Positions 13,557 through 27,264 of a stretch of DNA of 64,000 nucleotides are shown here, in pieces (position 1 is the first letter of the stretch; every line of letters starts with the position of its first letter). The stretch is taken from contig NC_068983.1 in the NCBI RefSeq assembly GCF_001194135.2, forward strand, positions 148,699,719-148,763,718, written 5' to 3'. The notes under the pieces are model-generated. The model was not told the DNA's origin and did not search any database. It saw nothing but the letters and a program-made list of their open reading frames with translations. The position numbers and the translations under genes were made by a program. This stretch comes from Octopus bimaculoides. Its lineage: Eukaryota.

Positions 13557-13705
13557 TGAAGTCATTGGGCTGCAGCCATGCTGGAGCAATGCCTTCAAGG
13601 GTGTAGTCGAACAAATCAACCCCAGTGCTTATATTTAGGTCTGATTCTTATTCTATCGCTCTCGTTTACCGAATCGCCATGTTACGGGGACAGAAAAAAT
13701 AAGGC
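13557..13705 (-). mobile_element. SINE family A, 3' portion, degenerate
   Basis: GCAGCCATGCTGGAGCAATGCC...AGTCGAACAAATCAACCCCAG...TTATTCTATCG...GTTACGGGGAC matches 31721-31860. Confidence 0.8.
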
Positions 13706-13994
13706 AGACACACACAGATGCACATACATACACACACTTACACACACACGTATATATATATATATTAATATTTTAAGAAGAATATTAACACACACATTAA
13801 TTAAGTCGTAGATGCATATCTCTGCCTTTACGAATTTTGATTCGCAAACACATGCGTCCTGATTGATCTCGCTGCACAACTCAGTGGATAACTGTTGTCT
13901 TGCCATCTATAACCTGGAGGTGATGTAACAATTCCACTTATTATTGAAATTGTCGTAACTGATTCATAAATTTAATATAACGTCAACTGCATTC

Positions 13995-14030
<36 letters not shown>

Positions 14031-14284
14031 GGAGCAAATATGTACATGTAGATAAAGGTATGTACATACATGTACATATATATGCATATACTCATATATT
14101 GTTTATATATATATATATATATACATATATTATTTTGTTTAAAAGAGTTCCAACACTGTTTTTTATGTTTTATTTATATTCCTGCAGAACCAATGTGGGG
14201 TATAGAATATGGAATATACAATATATAATATAATATACAATATATAATATAAAATAAAATAAAATAAAAATGGATGGCACCATG

Positions 14285-14315
<31 letters not shown>

Positions 14316-14457
14316 NNNNNNNNNNNNNNNNNNNNNNNNNNNNNNNNNNNNNNNNNNNNNNNNNNNNNNNNNNNNNNNNNNNNNNNNNNNNNNNNNNNNN
14401 NNNNNNNNNNNNNNNNNNNNNNNNNNNNNNNNNNNNAATATAACGTCAACTGCATTC

Positions 14458-14493
<36 letters not shown>

Positions 14494-14726
14494 GGAGCAA
14501 ATAATTCAGGTGAAAATATTTGCGAAGATATTATTGACTGTATTATCATCTAGTGTAACAAAATGAGAATAAAAGAATCAATAATATAGGCGATTGCAGG
14601 CCCAAAAAGCATTAAATAGCTGAAGGATTAAAATTAATCAAAGGACTTACTAAGTATGTCTACCAGCTATAAATAAGAGTCAAGACTCTCATTTAAATTG
14701 TCGAAAAAAGTTTATTTATATATATA

Positions 14727-14797
<71 letters not shown>

Positions 14798-16639
14798 NNN
14801 NNNNNNNCATACATACATGCATATATACATACATACATACATGCATACATACATGCATACATACATACATGCATACATACATATAGACACAGTCTCACAG
14901 ACTTCTCAGTTATTAACTTAGAAAGCTGTTTTTTTTATGCTGTTTACTGCGTCTTTGCATATTCTTACTTCAACAGCTTACCCACTTTTTATTCGTCTGT
15001 TCTGATTTTCCTCCGCCATATTTCCTCTTCGACAATTCCAATCGTTCTTCACTTTGTTATCTTTGCATTGGTGCTTCATTTCAAGTCTAGAATAGTTGCA
15101 CTCTTTGAATAACCCGAATTCTCTTACTGCATGCACTTCCTGTATACGTCTCCAAGGAACACTTAATTTTTTTTTTTTGTTATTTGCACATGGTTTTCCC
15201 ACAATTCCGCACTCTGTACTTCTTTTCAGCTTATACTAACATATACTTCGGGGTTTTTTTTGTTTTCATTTCTTTCTCTCCATAAATTATTTTTTCAAAT
15301 TTTTCAATCTCCTCGATTCTAATACATATTTTGAAAACTAAATTTAACTCTCTGTTGTTTTTTTATATCGATTTACTTGTATTATATTCAAATATAACAA
15401 ATAAAATGTGTATGCTACGCACTAGTGTGAAGAGCAGTCAATTCGTTGACCTTTCTCTAATCAGAGGTACATCATAAGATGCTGGCGACGGCAACATCAA
15501 CAACGGCGATGATGACAGCAACAACGATGATTATAATAAACGCTAACTAAAAACTTTAAAATTATTACCATTACTTAAATACTTGCCACGGAAGAGAAAA
15601 TGTTTGAAAGTTAAAATTTTATACTATGCATATGATAATATGTTAAAATATATGGAGTCTCTTATGTAACCAATAAACAAATGTTGCATATTTTAAATGT
15701 ATGAATAATTATGGTAAGTTTTCTAAAATTACATTTTGTATCGTCCATATTTTATATTATCTTTTTTATAAATTATCCTTCACAGTAAAGAACTGTGTTT
15801 ATATGCATTAAATATGTGTGTGTGTGGGTGTGGGTGTGGGTGTGTGGGTGCATTGATTTATGTAAAAGTATATAAATACAAATTTATATCTATGTAGGTG
15901 TTTTCGTATATTTTTATCTACTTATAGATGCACGCCTTTACAGAAATATGCATTTGTCTACAAGTTTATTTGGATAACATTGATCTAGTTGTACAGTTAA
16001 ATGTACGCATTTGTCTATATTTAAATATCTATACATGTATATTTATAAATGATCCAGTTAGAAACACAGTATGCTTCAGCAAATAATTTAGCAATAATAC
16101 ATTTCTAAATCTCTCAGAGAGATTTACGCAGTAGCAGCACGGTACTATCACTTTAAATAATTGAGCGTAACAAAATTTATATCAAACCCATTCAGTGGGA
16201 AATTACTTAAAAGTAAATTCCAACAACATCATTACGTTTGACCTCTCTCTCTCTCTCTGACCTACACTCTGTTACAAACCGAGACGGTATTTTCTATAAT
16301 CACCGCCAACCTATATACCAAGTAACTTGTTATGTTGGTTGAAAATTTTCTTGATTAGTCATAAGAAATCTTTCAACCAACACATGTTGTGACCTGAACA
16401 TGACATATGTTCCACATGAACTCCTATACAAGTATATTTCTAACACCTTGCTTACAGATAATTTCAAGCTTCTTGATCAAACCTGAAAAACAGTTTTCAT
16501 TATCCCTTCCTCATTACTCACATCTTACAAATATGCTTCCTTTTTGCCCTTCTCCATCACGACTTCCTACATAACTGCGTCTCTTTTCTGCCTACAAACT
16601 ATGCTGTACTACGATAGAACACTGTTATATATATATCAG

Positions 16640-16756
16640 AAATTTGCAGAAACCGGTTGGATAAAGGTATCGGACAAGCAAAATGTCGAAAAGTTTCTTG
16701 TCCTATCGTTGGTACAGAAGACTATAAACCACAAACAAAAACTTTGAGCTCTCAAG
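16640..16756 (+). CDS. Candidate isolated 117-nt symmetric (phase 1-1) exon, Cys-containing, product unknown
   Basis: TATCAG| acceptor and CAAG|GTAAGT donor. The open frame reads ICRNRLDKGIGQAKCRKVSCPIVGTEDYKPQTKTLSSQ. The polypyrimidine tract is weak and I recognise no homolog. Confidence 0.25.
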
Positions 16757-17199
16757 GTAAGTTCTCCTGCAAGATAAAGGGCATTCCGGAATTCAGTTAG
16801 ATAAAGTGCATTCCGGAATTCAGGTCTCCTTATCTTCTGGTAATGACGAATCCCATAAACCCGATGTTGACTACTGTCGACATTGTTTTTCTTCATGTAG
16901 TGTAGTGTATTTATGATCAGTTAGTCTCTTGATAGTATCCGTTCCCCAAGATACAAATTTATAATCACAGATTGAGATAAACAGAGCACTAAGGAAACAC
17001 AAGACACTGTCTTGTAGTGCTGATGACACTTACAAATAAGTCGTTCCTAGTCAGCGATACATGCGAGTCAAGTGCTTTAGTCATGCATACAACATAGCCT
17101 CACTGACAATATACTAACTATCCAGCTCTATCAATCGGATGAACCTCTCTCTCATGGACCAGAAGGATACAACATAGGATCTTCCCAATGTATTATACT

Positions 17200-17956
17200 G
17201 CTCTCCCTAGCAACAATTTTACCATTAACAACACCACCACTAACTATACTATCAACACGAGTCCCTACATCACCAACAAGAAAACCAGTAACCCCCAACA
17301 TCACAAACATTAGTAATACCGATCAATATTTTACCAGTAGGCACCAACATCAACAAGAACAACACCTCATCACAGCCAAAACCAACACTTAAACCACCAA
17401 CAATGGCATGAAACGAACATTGCTAATACAATTACCAACAACACCATTAACACCATCGATACCAACAGCACATACACAAACACTTCAACCACCAACAACT
17501 TCACAACCAACAATCCTATCACTAATAACACAACCATCAAACGTTTCCACTAATGCCATCCCTACCATCAACGCCACAACCACTAACACCAAAGAGGCGA
17601 ACCGATTTGCTAGGAATAGCAACCACGTCTCTTCCAAATTGCATCATACTCTCTGTAGAAATGATGATCACATTGTAGAATGGAAATTTAAATATACAAA
17701 AAAATCCCCTATATCCTAACAGATAGAACGAACGTGATCGTAGGTCAGCTCGATCTAGGTTGACCTGGGGGGGGGGCTCAGCAACAGCAACAAAAACAAC
17801 AGCAACAGTAGAAACTACCATCGCAACAACAAGAGACATTAGCATCCTTAAGATCATCAAGGGATAAGGCTAACCCATGACATCTTCAATGATATTAACT
17901 GTCAGACTACCACGGCAACAACAACTACACCAATAACTACTACACAACTACAAGAG

Positions 17957-18006
<50 letters not shown>

Positions 18007-18010
18007 GCTG
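17200..18010. repeat. Decayed CAA/CAC/ACT trinucleotide low-complexity tract
   Basis: A/C-rich triplets; the apparent reading frame switches repeatedly; ends in (TAC)n. Confidence 0.8.
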
Positions 18011-20089
18011 TTGCTGCTACGAAACGCAGCAATAAAAACAACTGCAATGTCAACAACAAAATATAGTTGTTAAAAGTTAGAACGAAGTTAAACAATGGCG
18101 TGACATTTGCAGGTTTCTGAACAATAGATTATTTGGCAGCCTCCTCCCACTGCGTCAATCCAGAAATGATGAAATGTCCTTGAAAATAGCAGAATACCAA
18201 GTTTTCACTGTAGCTTCAGAGAGCATTGCATGGGTATTTGTGTGTATATTTATGTATGTATATATACATATATGTGAGGAGGAATAACTGTGTGCACATA
18301 TATATATATATATATATAAAACGATGAAGTCNNNNNNNNNNNNNNNNNNNNNNNNNNNNNNNNNNNNNNNNNNNNNNNNNNNNNNNNNNNNNNNNNNNNN
18401 NNNNNNNNNNNNNNNNNNNNNNNNNNNNNNNNNNNNNNNNNNNNNNNNNNNNNNNNNNNNNNNNNNNNNNNNNNNNNNNNNNNNNNNNNNNNNNNNNNNN
18501 NNNNNNNNNNNNNNNNNNNNNNNNNNNNNNNNNNNNNNNNNNNNNNNNNNNNNNNNNNNNNNNNNNNNNNNNNNNNNNNNNNNNNNNNNNNNNNNNNNNN
18601 NNNNNNNNNNNNNNNNNNNNNNNNNNNNNNNNNNNNNNNNNNNNNNNNNNNNNNNNNNNNNNNNNNNNNNNNNNNNNNNNNNNNNNNNNNNNNNNNNNNN
18701 NNNNNNNNNNNNNNNNNNNNNNNNNNNNNNNNNNNNNNNNNNNNNNNNNNNNNNNNNNNNNNNNNNNNNNNNNNNNNTTGCAATGAAAAATGTTGCTGAA
18801 ACGCTTTTTTTTTACGGTTCTTCTTTCTTAAATAACAGTCTGGAATCAAAAAGATTCATCATTTAAATATAAAATTTTTAAAAAATGTGACATGAAAATA
18901 TAATAAACCACTTTTAGAATGATGTAATGTGTTCATTTCAACAGCAAGAGCAACACTTTTTAGATAATTATAGTACATTATCAAAGAATTTGAATTAGTC
19001 ATAATTATAGTTTTTCAGTAAAGTATATATACAGTGTGTTTATTGAAAATAACTTAGGAATATTATTATTATTACCATCATCATCATCATCATTATCAAC
19101 GTCATTATGATTATCTATTATTATTATTATTATTTGTGTGGGGAACGGTAAAGTTTTCATTGATTCGATATGAATGTAATGCTAGCTAAACCATTATTCC
19201 TTGTCATTCATTTGGGAGTTGAACCTGCTGCATATTCTGTGTAAGTCCTGAACATCACAACATCTCATCTCTCTCACATCTTCAGATAGTGGGTGTGGTG
19301 TATATTTCATAGAGTATATCAATTTGATTCAATTCTGCTTCACTGTATACTTAACTTCACATATCCTTTAGACTTTAGGGTTGCTTAGAAATAAGCGAAT
19401 ATTGTAAGCTTTACAACGGTTTTGATATCGTGTCTCGCAGTCACGAGTTCAAATCACATTGCTGCATTGACTATTTAACCACGATCTTCAAATCCTTCAA
19501 AAACAATTACCTGCAATATATATGGCTGGGTAATATTTTGCTGTTTATGCCTATTTGCTGTGAACAGAAAACTGCCTCCTTATGAATAACGGTTATTTAT
19601 ATTAAACGATGTTTAGTCTACAAAACGGTTTTGTTTCATAATTCTAAGCACATCCCTTTACTGGTCTAGCTTACTGAACTGAGTAAACGCAGAAACCTTT
19701 GTGTTGTCATACTATGTGCTATAAATAGCAGCCAACCCTCCGAGAAAAGGCAACATAATGTATTAAAAACGGAGAGGAGGGTTAGGTAATTAATTAGTCC
19801 GAATAGTTTAAGCACATCTTGCTTCTAACTAGACTTAAAAACTAATGCAGAATTTTACTGCTCCCTCTAAAACTATGGAATAATTGTACTACTTCCGAAT
19901 GAATGTGTTTCTATAAGGTTCTTTTGGAAAAAAAGCATATATGTATATATATATATACATAGGCGGGTGTGTATACCGAAAGAGGGAAATTTAAACAGAT
20001 AGATGCTCATTCGTAGGTGTGTGTATATCATGATGTATAAGTGACAGAGCTTATAACATTCCCTTTGAACGGTCTCCGGTTCATTGAGG

Positions 20090-20288
20090 GGTTCAAAGCA
20101 AGCAATTTTGAGGGGAGGGGAAGCCGATTACACCGCTCATAATATTTGACAGGTGCGTTATTATATCGACCCAGGAGGGATGAAAGGCAAAGTTGTCCAC
20201 AGTGGGGTTTGAACTCGGAACGTACAAAACCAGAACATGCCTTTTAGCATTTTCTTTGACGTTTTAACGATACTGCCACCTCACGTCA
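20090..20288 (-). mobile_element. SINE family B, degenerate
   Basis: GGGATGAAAGGCAAAGTTG...TTTGAACTCGGAACGTA...TAACGATACTGCC. Confidence 0.8.
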
Positions 20289-20990
20289 TAAATATANNNN
20301 NNNNNNNNNNNNNNNNNNNNNNNNNNNNNNNNNNNNNNNNNNNNNNNNNNNNNNNNNNNNNNNNNNNNNNNNNNNNNNNNNNNNNNNNNNNNNNNNNNNN
20401 NNNNNNNNNNNNNNNNNNNNNNNNNNNNNNNNNNNNNNNNNNNNNNNNNNNNNNNNNNNNNNNNNNNNNNNNNNNNNNNNNNNNNNNNNNNNNNNNNNNN
20501 NNNNNNNNNNNNNNNNNNNNNNNNNNNNNNNNNNNNNNNNNNNNNNNNNNNNNNNNNNNNNNNNNNNNNNNNNNNNNNNNNNNNNNNNNNNNNNNNNNNN
20601 NNNNNNNNNNNNNNNNNNNNNNNNNNNNNNNNNNNNNNNNNNNNNNNNNNNNNNNNNNNNNNNNNNNNNNNNNNNNNNNNNNNNNNNNNNNNNNNNNNNN
20701 NNNNNNNNNNNNNNNNNNNNNNNNNNNNNNNNNNNNNNNNNNNNNNNNNNNNNNNNNNNNNNNNNNNNNNNNNNNNNNNNNNNNNNNNNNNNNNNNNNNN
20801 NNNNNNNNNNNNNNNNNNNNNNNNNNNNNNNNNNNNNNNNNNNNNNNNNNNNNNNNNNNNNNNNNNNNNNNNNNNNNNNNNNNNNNNNNNNNNNNNNNNN
20901 NNNNNNNNNNNNNNNNNNNNNNNNNNNNNNNNNNNNNNNNNNNNNNNNNNNNNNNNNNNNNNNNNNNNNNNNNNNNNNNNNNNNNNNNNN

Positions 20991-21040
<50 letters not shown>

Positions 21041-21441
21041 GAATATATATGTATATATATATATACACACATACATATTCATATAGATATACATATAAAC
21101 ACACACTCACACACATGCATACAAACACATACATAGATGTATGCATTTGATGCATATTGATAGATAAGTAGATGGTATAGATAGATTATACACACTTCGT
21201 TTTATTGTTTCACTAGAAATCGCGCTGGAGAAGATAGAAGGGAAACGAAGGGGATGCGTATACACATATATGTATGGATAGTTTGTGTGTATATACATGT
21301 ATATATATAGATATAGATATATTTGTATGTATACACGTGTTTGTATGTATACGTATAATATCCATACATAAACATATATATACATACATATATGTACACA
21401 CACACACACATACACATATATATATATAGTGTGTGTGTTCG

Positions 21442-21530
<89 letters not shown>

Positions 21531-23159
21531 AATCGACTTTCGGTACATAGTTTTTATTGGAAAAAAGGAAGAGAAACAGAGAGAGAAGGAGAGGTAGATA
21601 GAAACAAATATACATTATCACAGAAAACATCTCCACATTACAACAGATTGTCATTCATACAAAATTGCATATTCTCTATAACATTCTCTCGATATTGATT
21701 TGAAACAATTGGAGCTGCCACATATTTCCCTAATACATTCTCACTCATCCCTCTTTTTCTCTTTTAACCTCTTTATCTCTTTCTTTCTCTCTCTTTCTTT
21801 TTCCCTCATTTTATCTTTGATTCGTTGGAATTTACATTAAATAAATAAATGAATATAAAAAGAGAGAGAGAAAAAAACAAGCAATACTGAAATAATTATC
21901 TCATGGTTTCATCTCGATATTTTTCGCCCATGTCGTTCGAAATAGCAACACTTGGGAATGAATAACTAATATTGATTTTTTGTTCAGAGCCTTGTGGAAT
22001 AAGATGTAAGCTTTTGATATGTCAAGTTCGCAAAGCGGTTTCAATTTTCAGCTAGGAAAACATTTCATTTCACTTACGTTATCTAATGGGAGACATTAGA
22101 TCGAGCACTGATAGTATGATGTATTTCATTTGACATTTTACTTAGCCAAGCTGTTGTATCGTTTTCTTAACTTGATTAAAGACTGACCACCTTTAGATAT
22201 GACTGAATCAACTCCATTGCATGACTGGTGACTCATTTATTGACCATTAAAAGATAAAATGCAAAATCAAGCCCTTTTAGAATTTGTCAGTCCCATTATG
22301 AAATCGGGTATACACCACCATTAGAATTGAAGTAGTATTTACTTATTTGAACTAGATGTGAAGCATAATATTGAGTTATTTTAACCAATCGGAATGCTGC
22401 TTTTGTGTTGGGATCTTTTGTAGAATGCCGTACAGTGTAGATTCAATTCATCCACCTAAAAGCGTATGACAAAGAGGAGTTGAATCCGACTCAAAATATG
22501 GACGAGTTAAACTGTCTATTAAAATGTATTCAATGCTGGCGATTCACAACTTCTACGTCGACGCCTTATATGAAAAACTAATATTGACATTGTTATATAT
22601 GAAACTATTTTCGCTTCAATCTTCTGGCAGCCATTTTTTCAATACAAAGAAGAAAAACAATACACAGAAGAAAATATAATTGTTATTGATTTCTCCAATC
22701 ACTTGTCTTCTGACTTGTCACACTATATCGATTATAACTTTTCTTTATATATATATCACGTTTTTGCACTAACTTGAATTTGCAGTTAAGAGAGAATGAT
22801 CAGGCGTTAAAGGGACTGATTAATCTTTGCCATATCAACTCTTTGGAAGATTTACTTCTTGACAGAAGACACTTGACTGTAATATACTTGAGCTATGAAC
22901 CCCAGCATATCAAGGAGGAGATTGCGATTTCAATTCACAGTCGAATACAATAATTTCTTTTATTTACGCCGTTGCTACACACGCGCGATATGATGAAAGT
23001 TAAGAGAGTACAGACAAAAGTAATCCTTAGAACACAAAGACAAAATAAACACTGCAGTTCCTTTAGTTCTGCACCGTTTGGTGTATACCATTCTCCACTG
23101 TCCTTAATAAAATAAACGTAGCAATTTCCCATTTCCATCTACTCATAATATACAGAGGT

Positions 23160-23305
23160 GGTCCGCCGAGGTCGACTTTGCCTTTCATCCTTTCAGGGTC
23201 GATTAAATAAGTATCAATTACACACTGGGGTCGATGTAATCTACTTAATCCCTTTGTCCTCGTTTGTCCTCTCTATGTTTATCCCCCGTGAGCAATAGAG
23301 AAATT
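23160..23305 (+). mobile_element. 5'-truncated SINE with the family-B central domain and a different 3' tail
   Basis: CCGCCGAGGTCGACTTTGCCTTTCATCCTTTCAGGGTCGATTAAATAAGTA...CTGGGGTCGATGTAATC, then AATCCCTTTGTCCTCGTTTGTCC. Confidence 0.85.
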
Positions 23306-25620
23306 GAAGTGTAACTGGCTGAGTTGACATGGTACCGGATAACACGTCGAGACGTTAGTGGTTCCTCCCTGTCACCGGCATATCTGGTGCGAAATAAATA
23401 CCCTCAAAATTTGAATTATAACATTTCAAATTCAACATTTATAGTTCGTACAATTAGGGCCTCATCTTTTCACAATTCAAAATTTTAGAGATTGTACTAA
23501 TTTATTCATTAACATAGGTCTTTTGCTTTTTTTATAATATAGTTATATATTTATGCACATTTTCTTGGGTTTTATGGTATTTTGAAAGAAAGATTTGTCT
23601 TGTAAATATCTATTCATGGAAACAAATCTAAGGCACTATTGTCCCAGCAGACAGATTAAAAATTGTAAGCAATTTGCAGTTGTTGATGTCATCGGTAAAA
23701 GTAACATATAAAATTCCTTGCGGTATTTCGTTACATACTGAACAGAAATCCTAAAATCAGGCATTTTGTGGCAGATAAAATAGTCATAAGATGCAAAGGT
23801 TGATTTAATTGGATATTTTCTTCCACCCATTCTGTTTTAAATTTTGGTCGTTTCTATATAGCATATGCCTCTGCTCTAAAAACTTTTTTTTTCTTTTTCA
23901 TTAAATGTTGATGGCATTTGATGACTTGCAAATAACCACATTATCTCTCTGTAAGTATTGTCCCGAGAACATATAATAATTCATTGTGGTCATAAAAATA
24001 TAGCTTTTTTACTTTTATAGCTCCAGTTCAGCCCTTAATCTTGTTGAACCAAAGGCGCTCCAGCAGTTATAACGCCCGATTTGTTTCGTGTATAATGTAT
24101 CTGGGACTACACTATAGTCATTGCGGTCTTATTTTTAATTTCCTTAAGTACGATATTGATATGAGATTTGGATATTAAATCTAGCAGCGAAAATAGGCCT
24201 CATTATTGGGTCAATAGCAATACTTATAGTATACTAAAGATTGCTTATTATAAGAGAAAAGTCTAGAGTATTGATTTCTAATATTGGTACAGGTCAAGAC
24301 GTTTTAGAGCGTCTGCAGTCGATCAAATTGACATTATAGTACTCAACGTTAGCATTATTTCATCAACCACCCACTCCCAGAGAGATAGTCGGAAGGACAA
24401 GTCACTCTCAGTGGGATTTGAACATGGAGAGCCTTAAATAATTAATGATTCTTCCCCTATGGATTTCACAAAATGATTAACACTTATCGACATCACAGGA
24501 AGTGACAAAATGTGAAATACACAAGTATTTTCATTCGCAAAGTACAGCTTCAAAACAATAAATTTTTACTCAATTTTGGTGGCTACTTCTCGCAGACTGA
24601 GCAACCGAACAGACGTATCCCTGTTTGTTCATTTAAGTTATTTGTGACATTCATCACTGTACTTAAATAGTTTCAGTATTTAGGGGTTGAAAATTAAAAG
24701 TTGAATGTTGAAACGTTATTTTGTATTTTGTTAGATAGATCAATCAACTTTCGAAGTAACAAATCAACAGAATTAAGATGTTGAATTTTTTTTTTTCTAT
24801 TAATGTGCCAATCTTTCGATAATGATGAAGAATTAAATGCTTTGATGTTCAATCTGATGCAAAGCGAAGGGGGGATTGCTACTGACTAGTAGTGTGTGCG
24901 TAGTGGTTGGGATGGGGTAATTAAATAATATCAATTATAAATTACTATTTATAATGAGCCTGCAGAGTTAAATTCAATAAAAAAAGAAACTACTTTTAAT
25001 AGTATCGGCTAATTCAGAGATGGGAAAAACTATTTTTGCCTCAGTACATTATATATCGGTTGCGTTTTTCATATCTTTTTCTTTCTTTCTTTTTATATTT
25101 TGCAAATAAAAGTCCGCAAATTAAGTATAATAATTAGTAGTGATTGTATTGCTATTGTTGTTGCAGAAATTGTGCCCTAAAACCAGAGAGAATATTCTGC
25201 TTTCTATAATAGTATAAAATTCTACTATAATTTGAGAAATCACATGATATAGTTTTGAAACTAATTCCATCTATTTATGCTTTCTATTTATATTTTGTTA
25301 TATATACGCTAATATAATTTTATATTATGTTGTTTATATGGCGTTATTTCCGTTTTGTATATTTACTTGTTTATCTCGCTTAACATTTCCCATCAGTTCG
25401 CATCAGTTCGCATTAACGACCCTATTAACAGCTGATTGATTAGCAGTTAATAGGATCGTTAAAATAAGTAACAGACTGGTACTGGGGCCGACTTAATCAA
25501 ACGTTCTTTCATATTCGTGACCTTGTGCCAATGTTAGAAATCAATATTATTTAGAGAGATCAAGAAAAGGGAGTTGAACAAAAAATGGACAGTATACCTT
25601 ACTCTATTTTCAGCTTGGTA

Positions 25621-25738
<118 letters not shown>

Positions 25739-26709
25739 CACGAAATGCAAGAAGACTACGTGTTGCTACATCAAGTACTTAACGTTCAAAAGTATCGGCA
25801 ACACAAGTGACGGAACGAAAACCTACCTTGGCCTAGTGTTAGTATATCCTATCAAACTGGAATATGCCTGCATACACCCCCTTTATTCTACTGTTTCCAC
25901 CCTTTATTTCTGCCTTTCTACCTCTCCACCGTTTATTTTTACTAAATGTACGGATATCAAGGCAACGTTTAATAGTAAATGCTGCGGGACTCGTGTAACA
26001 TTTACCATGTAACATCACTCATACGAGAGACAGAACCAGAGTCCGAGAAAAATAGTATTCATCTTAGCAAGTATTATTTAGCAGCATTGAAATATTCGGG
26101 GAGAGAACTTCCTCCTATATGAGAACGACGATATTCATGTTCCTCCACAGCACGCAAACCTATTTATCAGTTCAGAGTATTGAATTGATGGAACATTGTT
26201 AGAGCGTCGAGTGGAATCCATTGCGGTTGCAGTTTCGACTCTTTACATTTTGGAGGCAAAGCATATGATGAGATTGGTGGCAAGCCTTTCTTTTGGGCTA
26301 TATCAGTGGCGTGAATAGGAGTGAAAACATATATTTATTACATGCATTGACAGCTGCTGGTTTTTCATAGACGTCTCCACAACTTGCTCCATAAAGAAGA
26401 ACATTTCTGGTGCAGATAAATGGTCTCACTATCCATAACGTAGCACCGGAGTCACTAATAATGTCAGTACAAATGAGAATAACCAGTTGATAATGTGAGT
26501 GGGAAAGCTCATGTAAACAAATATGAAATGAATATATGGACGTCCAATTAATCATCATTTTTATACTAATAGTAAATTGATCACTCTTATCATATATTAA
26601 TGAGACGACGCCAAGCAATGTAAAATAATTAATTTTGCTTTGGGGTAATGCTTCAGTTGTTGTTACAATATGTCAATTCCAGTCAATACTAGTGTCTGCT
26701 TCTCTTTCC

Positions 26710-26752
<43 letters not shown>

Positions 26753-26837
26753 TGTTGAAGAGAACAACAAAACGCTGAGGCAAGGCAAACTTCTCAAGTC
26801 ATATGCATTATTATTATTATTGGAAAAAAGATTCAAA

Positions 26838-26893
26838 GTCTTACAGCTGTTTCTGGGATATCCCAGAGTATAAGATATTCCGTCATCGGAGAC
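26838..26893 (-). ncRNA. Minimal type-I hammerhead ribozyme motif, core variant (probably inactive)
   Basis: Minus strand: GTCT-CCGATGA-C-GGAATATCTTA-TACTC-TGGGATATCCC-A-GAAAC-AGCT-GTA^-AGAC. The core has CCGAUGA instead of CUGAUGA. Confidence 0.7.
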
Positions 26894-27209
26894 AAATAGG
26901 GAAAATGAGAAGGATATAGATTAATGAAATGACTACGTAGAGGACAGGAGTAAAGGAATAAGGAAATGAAGAAAGAAAAGAAAAAAAAAGCATGTTATAT
27001 GTATATATTACACTATCAGGACTTCAAACTGCATGCATGTACGCAGGATTGCAACTAAGGACTTATGGACTTATTTCTACAAGATCAGAAAGCTGAACTG
27101 TAAACTTTTATGTTTCATGTTTCTTCTCTTTCTTCATCTCCTTATTCCTTTACTTCTGTCCCCTATGCCTCCATTTAATTAATCTATACCCATCTTATTT
27201 TCTCTATTT

Positions 27210-27264
27210 GTCTCTGATGACGAAATATCCCATACTCTGCGATATCACGAAACAGCTGTAAGAC
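27210..27264 (+). ncRNA. Minimal type-I hammerhead ribozyme motif
   Basis: Stem I GTCT (27210-13)/AGAC (27261-64); CTGATGA 27214-20; stem II with TACTC loop; GAAA 27249-52; stem III closing the palindromic loop AGCT; GTA^ cleavage triplet ending at 27260. The base of stem II is imperfect. Confidence 0.75.

Noticed and set aside
13976-14503. Direct duplication AATATAACGTCAACTGCATTCCTTTATATA...CGGAGCAAATA either side of a gap; similar 12608-12714
   Set aside because: It abuts N gaps and (TA)n tracts, so a haplotype or scaffolding artefact is the most likely cause.
17022-17060. Other CTGATGA/CTGAAGA occurrences (also ~1118, ~37782, ~55601, ~63494) as hammerheads
   Set aside because: None has a stem II followed by GAAA with a compatible stem III and stem I.
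17408-17860. Thr/Pro-rich mucin-like ORFs
   Set aside because: The tract is decayed CAA/CAC triplets; the apparent frame shifts repeatedly and there are no supporting splice signals.
22786-23060. 56-codon frame LRENDQ...LEDLLLDRRHLTVIY...; opposite-strand CYVYFIKDSGEWYTPNG
   Set aside because: It could be a very old mariner HTH remnant or a terminal exon; the similarity is too weak to call either.
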